In this document: piece by piece, positions 15,517 to 19,938 of the stretch
How positions within the stretch are numbered: position 1 is the first letter of the stretch
Layout: every line of letters begins with the position of its first letter
Assembly: GCA_038874215.1 (NCBI GenBank)
Contig: JAVZCV010000007.1
Location: 18,893-38,830 of the forward strand
Reading direction: 5' to 3'
Source of the DNA: Candidatus Micrarchaeia archaeon
GTDB taxonomy: Archaea; Micrarchaeota; Micrarchaeia; Burarchaeales; JAVZCV01
DNA length: 19,938 nucleotides
Program-made: the position numbers and the translations under genes
Notes under the pieces: model-generated
Told to the model about the DNA's origin: nothing
What the model saw: the letters and a program-made list of their open reading frames with translations, nothing else
Databases searched by the model: none

Positions 15517-17878
15517 CTATTCAAAAGCGGTGGGAACAAATAAAGTGTATTATGCTCATTGTAACGAGACTGTGGATGAACATGGGAGAAATTCGCTTAT
15601 TCAACTTGATAATATACTGCGATACTTAGGAGATATTCAAATACTTCGTGAGCTATTAAATAAAGAGGATACAATTAGCATCATCAAGGAGTTAACGTAT
15701 TTTCACGATCTTGGGAAATGTGACGATGAATTTCAGAGGGGTCTTAACTCTCTGTGCAACGCTAATATCCAGGGAAATTTGCCATCCCATTCAGAAAAAG
15801 GTTTTAAAATGATTTCAAAACATATTTTCACGTGTGGTAAAAGTTATGCAGAGAATAACATATATCTTCTTGGGCTCTTGCTATCAACAATCATAGACAG
15901 GCATCATTCCGATCTAAGGGATTTGGAAGAATTTGAGTTAGTCTCGTCTTTTTTACCCTCTCTACTCGTTTGGTCAAGCAGGAAAAATAGGGAATATGCC
16001 CTGTATTTTTTGTACAGGTTGGCGTATTCATGTTTGAAGACTGCCGATATATTGGCATCTATACATGGTAGTCATTCTGCAGATATAGAAAAAAATATCA
16101 TAACGCCGAGCAAAATAGAAGAATATGAAAAAAATCTTGAGGAATATATTGGTTCAAAAAAAGCGAACGTAATTAATAACTACAGGGAACTGTTTCGAAA
16201 AAAAGCAATAGAAAGGATAACAGATATAATACGAAAAAATCAAAAAGCGAGAGTATTTTTTCTTTATCTTCCTACTGGTGGCGGAAAAACTCTTACTTCT
16301 GTTTCTATTGCATTAAAACTTGCTAAAGAAAAAAATCTAAAGCGTATCATTTACGTTTTCCCCTACATCAATATAATAGAACAGAACACACTAGTACTTG
16401 AAAATATATTTGAAAATGACGTAAAGGCGATACACACATATTCAGATATTATGGATGTTGAAATTGAAAAGATTGACAATGAAACTAACGATTACAAGCG
16501 TAAGCTTGCTTTTGAAACTTTTGATTCACCTGTGGTTCTAATAAGCTCTGTTAGATTTTTTGATATTCTTTTCTCAAATAAAAAAAGAGCCGCAATGAAA
16601 TTGTGGGCTTTCGCAAATTCTGTAGTAATCTTAGATGAAGTTCAGTATTTTCCGAAGAGATACTGGGAAGCATTGATAGTAAGCCTTACTGAGTTTAGTA
16701 GTTCTTTCAACATATACTTTATTTTAATGTCTGCCACACTTCCCAATCTTAAGATATTTCTTTCAGAAGATAGGAAGGAGCTAATTGTAAAAATAATAGA
16801 TGAGGGGGATTTTACTGAGGAGTTTAGGAAGTTTGAATTAAGAACGGATATAAAACTTCTGAAAACGAATAAAGAGCAGTGGGATACAGATGTAGCTAAC
16901 AAAGTAAAAGAACTTGTGGAATTTAACAGGAAAATACTTGTAGTTCTGAATACTATCCGCATGAGTAGAGTGATGTACAGGAAGTTGCAAGAAGAAATAA
17001 AGGATGCAGAGATCTATCTACTAAACAGCACTATTATTTATCCAAGAAGGCTTGAAATTTTGGATGCTTTTAGCAATGATGCAGAAAGCAAAAAGATTCT
17101 TGTTTCTACGCAGTCTATAGAAGCTGGCGTAGATTTAGATTTTGATGTTGGCATAAGAGAATATGCACCTCCCGAGGCAATACTACAAATTGCGGGGAGA
17201 GTTAACAGAGAATTTACTAAAAACAAGGCAGTGTTGTACGTAACAAGCTCAAGCGAAACTGTTAGCAAGGTATATGGTGATTATCGTTATAGTAATAGCC
17301 TACGAGCTGACGAAGTAAACGATCGACAAAAAATCAGAGAATATTTTGAAAGGGAGGTAGAGCGACTCAGAAGAATTGACACAGAAAGTCCAAAACTTTT
17401 AGCCGATATGACAGATTTAAGATTCGGAGCGGTTGGACAAAATAGAATTATTAGCGAGATTGGTGTCGTTGATTTATTCCTGGAGGGTAATATAAAAATA
17501 GATTATGAGTATTCCATCGGTAATAATAAAATTCTGGTTGCGAGGAAAATCAGAAGCATACTTGAGAATTGCGGTATCAAAAAATGTTGGAAAGATGTAG
17601 GTGATGGTATTAGTTTAGACACATACAAGTTTAGCAACGAGTATGATGCGTTTCTTCTAGACAAAAGTAATCTACCATATGATAAGAGGTTTAATTTAAT
17701 ACCAACACTAAAAAAATTGAACGCGTTATGGAGAATGTTTAGTTTTCCATTACGTGACTGGGAGGCAATGAGTATTAACTATCGGGAAGATGACCGTGGT
17801 AGAAAATGGATAAAAGAAGGTGAGTTTTATTATATAGATGGGGGTTTAGATATAGAAAAAAGTAGTAATATTGTCTAA
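15497..17878 (+). CDS. cas3: Cas3 HD nuclease-helicase
   Basis: YYAH...EH, HDLGK, HHS and KTAD (HD domain); LPTGGGKT, ILDEVQ, MSAT, STQSIEAGVDLDFD and QIAGRVNR (SF2 helicase). ATG 15497 lies behind GGAGG. Confidence 0.96.
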   Translation: MKLLWDDYSKAVGTNKVYYAHCNETVDEHGRNSLIQLDNILRYLGDIQILRELLNKEDTISIIKELTYFHDLGKCDDEFQRGLNSLCNANIQGNLPSHSEKGFKMISKHIFTCGKSYAENNIYLLGLLLSTIIDRHHSDLRDLEEFELVSSFLPSLLVWSSRKNREYALYFLYRLAYSCLKTADILASIHGSHSADIEKNIITPSKIEEYEKNLEEYIGSKKANVINNYRELFRKKAIERITDIIRKNQKARVFFLYLPTGGGKTLTSVSIALKLAKEKNLKRIIYVFPYINIIEQNTLVLENIFENDVKAIHTYSDIMDVEIEKIDNETNDYKRKLAFETFDSPVVLISSVRFFDILFSNKKRAAMKLWAFANSVVILDEVQYFPKRYWEALIVSLTEFSSSFNIYFILMSATLPNLKIFLSEDRKELIVKIIDEGDFTEEFRKFELRTDIKLLKTNKEQWDTDVANKVKELVEFNRKILVVLNTIRMSRVMYRKLQEEIKDAEIYLLNSTIIYPRRLEILDAFSNDAESKKILVSTQSIEAGVDLDFDVGIREYAPPEAILQIAGRVNREFTKNKAVLYVTSSSETVSKVYGDYRYSNSLRADEVNDRQKIREYFEREVERLRRIDTESPKLLADMTDLRFGAVGQNRIISEIGVVDLFLEGNIKIDYEYSIGNNKILVARKIRSILENCGIKKCWKDVGDGISLDTYKFSNEYDAFLLDKSNLPYDKRFNLIPTLKKLNALWRMFSFPLRDWEAMSINYREDDRGRKWIKEGEFYYIDGGLDIEKSSNIV

Positions 17879-17887
17879 TCAAACGAT

Positions 17888-18397
17888 ATGAAAAGCCATT
17901 TCAAAGATACCATAATCTCGGGAACGGAGGTAAATTACTATTTTATCTGCCATCGTAAGCTCTGGCTTTTTTCGCACGGAATCCAGATGGAGCAGGAGTC
18001 AGATCTTGTTTCTCTTGGCAAATTTATTCATGAGAGGAGTTATAGACGAAAGAAGGAGGACATACGATTAAATGGGATAAAAATTGATTTTATCGAGAAT
18101 GGGAAAGCACTCATAGTTCATGAAGTGAAGAAATCGCAAAAAATGGAAAGGGCACACGAATTTCAACTTTTGTACTACCTTTATTATTTGCGCAAAATGG
18201 GGGTGGATGCAGAAGGAATCCTTAACTATCCACTCCAGAGGCAATCCGTGAAGGTTAGCTTAACGCCTGAAAAAATAGCCGAACTTGAAGCTGCCATTAA
18301 CGAAATAAAAAGGATAATACAAGAAAAAACGCCGCCACAAGCAACCAAACAGCCGATATGCCGCAGGTGTAGCTATTACGAGTTTTGCTGGAGTTAG
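17888..18397 (+). CDS. cas4: CRISPR-associated exonuclease Cas4
   Basis: YYFICHRKLWLF, KIDF, HEVKKS, QLLYYLYYL and C-terminal CRRCSYYEFC (Fe-S cysteines). Confidence 0.96.
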   Translation: MKSHFKDTIISGTEVNYYFICHRKLWLFSHGIQMEQESDLVSLGKFIHERSYRRKKEDIRLNGIKIDFIENGKALIVHEVKKSQKMERAHEFQLLYYLYYLRKMGVDAEGILNYPLQRQSVKVSLTPEKIAELEAAINEIKRIIQEKTPPQATKQPICRRCSYYEFCWS

Positions 18398-18454
18398 AAG
18401 CCAAGTTAACCCGTACCTAAGTTTTTATAGTAGCAGATTGAAAAATACGTAGCC

Positions 18455-19441
18455 ATGAAGCAAAACTACTACATATTCAGGGGAGGACGCTTAAGAAAAA
18501 AAGGGAATACCTTATATGTTATTAGGGAGGAAGAAAAAAAGCCGATACCCGTGAAAAATGTAGATGCACTTTTTATTTTTGGGGAAATTGATTTAAATTC
18601 AAAATTGCTTGTTTTTCTGGCAAAAAATAATATCCCGCTGCATGTTTTTAACTACTATGGCTTCTACTCTGGAACGTTTTACCCTCGCGAATATCTAAAA
18701 TCCGGTTTTCTCATAGTAAAACAAGTAGAACATTACCTTGACTCAGAAAAGCGACTTAAACTCGCAAAACATTTTGTTGAAGGGGCTACGTATAATATCA
18801 TTCAGAATCTACTGCACTATCAAAAAATCGGTAAAAATGTTGGGGACGCTATATCTTCCATCAAGTATGAAAAAGGAATGCTAGAAACGATGGGTAGCAT
18901 CCCTGAGCTTATGGGTTGTGAGGGAAGAATAAGAGATGCATACTACTCAACTTTTAACGAAATATTGCGTACATTTGATTTCACAGAAAGAGAGAGAAAA
19001 CCGCCAACAAACGAGATAAACTCGTTGATATCTTTTGGTAATTCAATGTTGTACACAGAAATATTATCTGAGATATATAAAACACAACTAAACCCCATGA
19101 TCAGTTATTTGCACGAACCTGGAGAGAGAAGGTTCTCGCTTTCGCTTGATTTGAGCGAAGTTTTCAAGCCGGTTCTTGTAGATAGATGCATTTTTAATCT
19201 CGTAAATAACAGGATAATCAAAGACGAGCACTTCAGAAAGGAATTGAATGCTTGTTATTTAACTGAGGAAGGAAGAAAAGTGTTCGTCCAAGACTTTGAT
19301 AACAGATTGCAAACCAAGGTAAAATTAAGGAAATTGGGCAGAACTGTCTCCTATAAGTACTTAATACGGATAGAATGTTACAAGCTTGTCAAACATCTTC
19401 TTGGAGAATCAGAATACGATCCCTTTAGAGCCGAGTGGTAG
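18455..19441 (+). CDS. cas1: CRISPR-associated integrase Cas1 (type I-B)
   Basis: FNYYGFYSGTFYPRE, LMGCEG, NSLISFGNSMLY and ISYLHEPGERRFSLSLDLSEVFKP. Confidence 0.97.
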   Translation: MKQNYYIFRGGRLRKKGNTLYVIREEEKKPIPVKNVDALFIFGEIDLNSKLLVFLAKNNIPLHVFNYYGFYSGTFYPREYLKSGFLIVKQVEHYLDSEKRLKLAKHFVEGATYNIIQNLLHYQKIGKNVGDAISSIKYEKGMLETMGSIPELMGCEGRIRDAYYSTFNEILRTFDFTERERKPPTNEINSLISFGNSMLYTEILSEIYKTQLNPMISYLHEPGERRFSLSLDLSEVFKPVLVDRCIFNLVNNRIIKDEHFRKELNACYLTEEGRKVFVQDFDNRLQTKVKLRKLGRTVSYKYLIRIECYKLVKHLLGESEYDPFRAEW

Positions 19442-19442
19442 C

Positions 19443-19709
19443 ATGGTATATGTGATAGTGGTGTATGATATCGCCCAAGAACGAGTCAATAAGGTTTGCA
19501 CATTCTTAAAGCAGTATCTCAATTGGGTACAGAATTCTGTTTTTGAGGGTGAAATAACTGATGCGAACCTTGAAAGAGTGAAGTTTGGTCTGAAAGAGAT
19601 AATCAATGAAGAGGAGGACTCTGTACTAATTTACCAAACATCAAACCAAAAATGGCTAACGAAGTATGTTGTTGGGAAGGAGAAAGTTGAGCTTTCAAAT
19701 ATCCTTTAA
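19443..19709 (+). CDS. cas2: CRISPR-associated Cas2
   Basis: MVYVIVVYDI...RVNKV...YLNWVQNSVFEGEIT...DSVLIY. Start moved to ATG 19443, just after the cas1 stop. Confidence 0.96.
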   Translation: MVYVIVVYDIAQERVNKVCTFLKQYLNWVQNSVFEGEITDANLERVKFGLKEIINEEEDSVLIYQTSNQKWLTKYVVGKEKVELSNIL

Positions 19710-19830
19710 CAGTCAACATTTAAAAATAAACAACAATATTAAAGCTTGACTGAATCATAAGAAACAAAATCCAAAAATAATTAAAAATATTACGACGAAA
19801 AGCATTACTGGAAACATGGATTTTAAGTGG
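19710..19830 (+). promoter_or_regulatory. CRISPR leader
   Basis: AT-rich 121-nt non-coding segment between cas2 and the first repeat. Confidence 0.8.
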
Positions 19831-19938
19831 GTTTGAATAGGGCTATAGTAGGATTGAAATTGTAATACCTTTTCAGCATTAGGTATGCTAAACCTGTTTG
19901 AATAGGGCTATAGTAGGATTGAAATCACAAATACATGT
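19831..19938 (+). CRISPR. Start of CRISPR array; 30-nt repeat GTTTGAATAGGGCTATAGTAGGATTGAAAT
   Basis: Identical repeats at 19831-19860 and 19896-19925, a 35-nt spacer at 19861-19895, and a presumed partial second spacer from 19926 to the window end. The ATTGAAA(N) 3' end is typical of type I-B/archaeal repeats. Confidence 0.93.

Noticed and set aside
19386-19442. N-terminal extension of Cas2 in the ORF track
   Set aside because: It overlaps cas1; ATG 19443 gives a canonical 88-aa Cas2.

Overview
The window looks archaeal: GGTGA/GGAGGTGA ribosome-binding sites, TATA-like boxes before several genes and a CRISPR repeat ending ATTGAAAT. The lineage cannot be fixed from sequence alone. From left to right it holds two tandem HxlR-type winged-helix regulators (the first truncated by the window edge), then a structured leader with an unannotated Leu/Ile/Val-rich short ORF, then ilvB-ilvN and a DUF296/PPC zinc protein. 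A divergent pair of unassigned genes follows: a 325-aa protein with a lytic-transglycosylase-like motif and an 1806-aa helical-repeat protein with a Cys-containing, possibly GNAT-like C-terminal domain. After ilvC comes a complete type I-B CRISPR-Cas locus (cas6-cas8b-cas7-cas5-cas3-cas4-cas1-cas2), its leader and the start of the array. The main leads are a candidate attenuation-type leader peptide for branched-chain amino acid synthesis in an apparent archaeon, a hidden Cas11 start inside cas8b, the lysozyme-like/giant-protein pair splitting ilvBN from ilvC, a repeat-like element before cas1, and an unusually long KARI cofactor loop.
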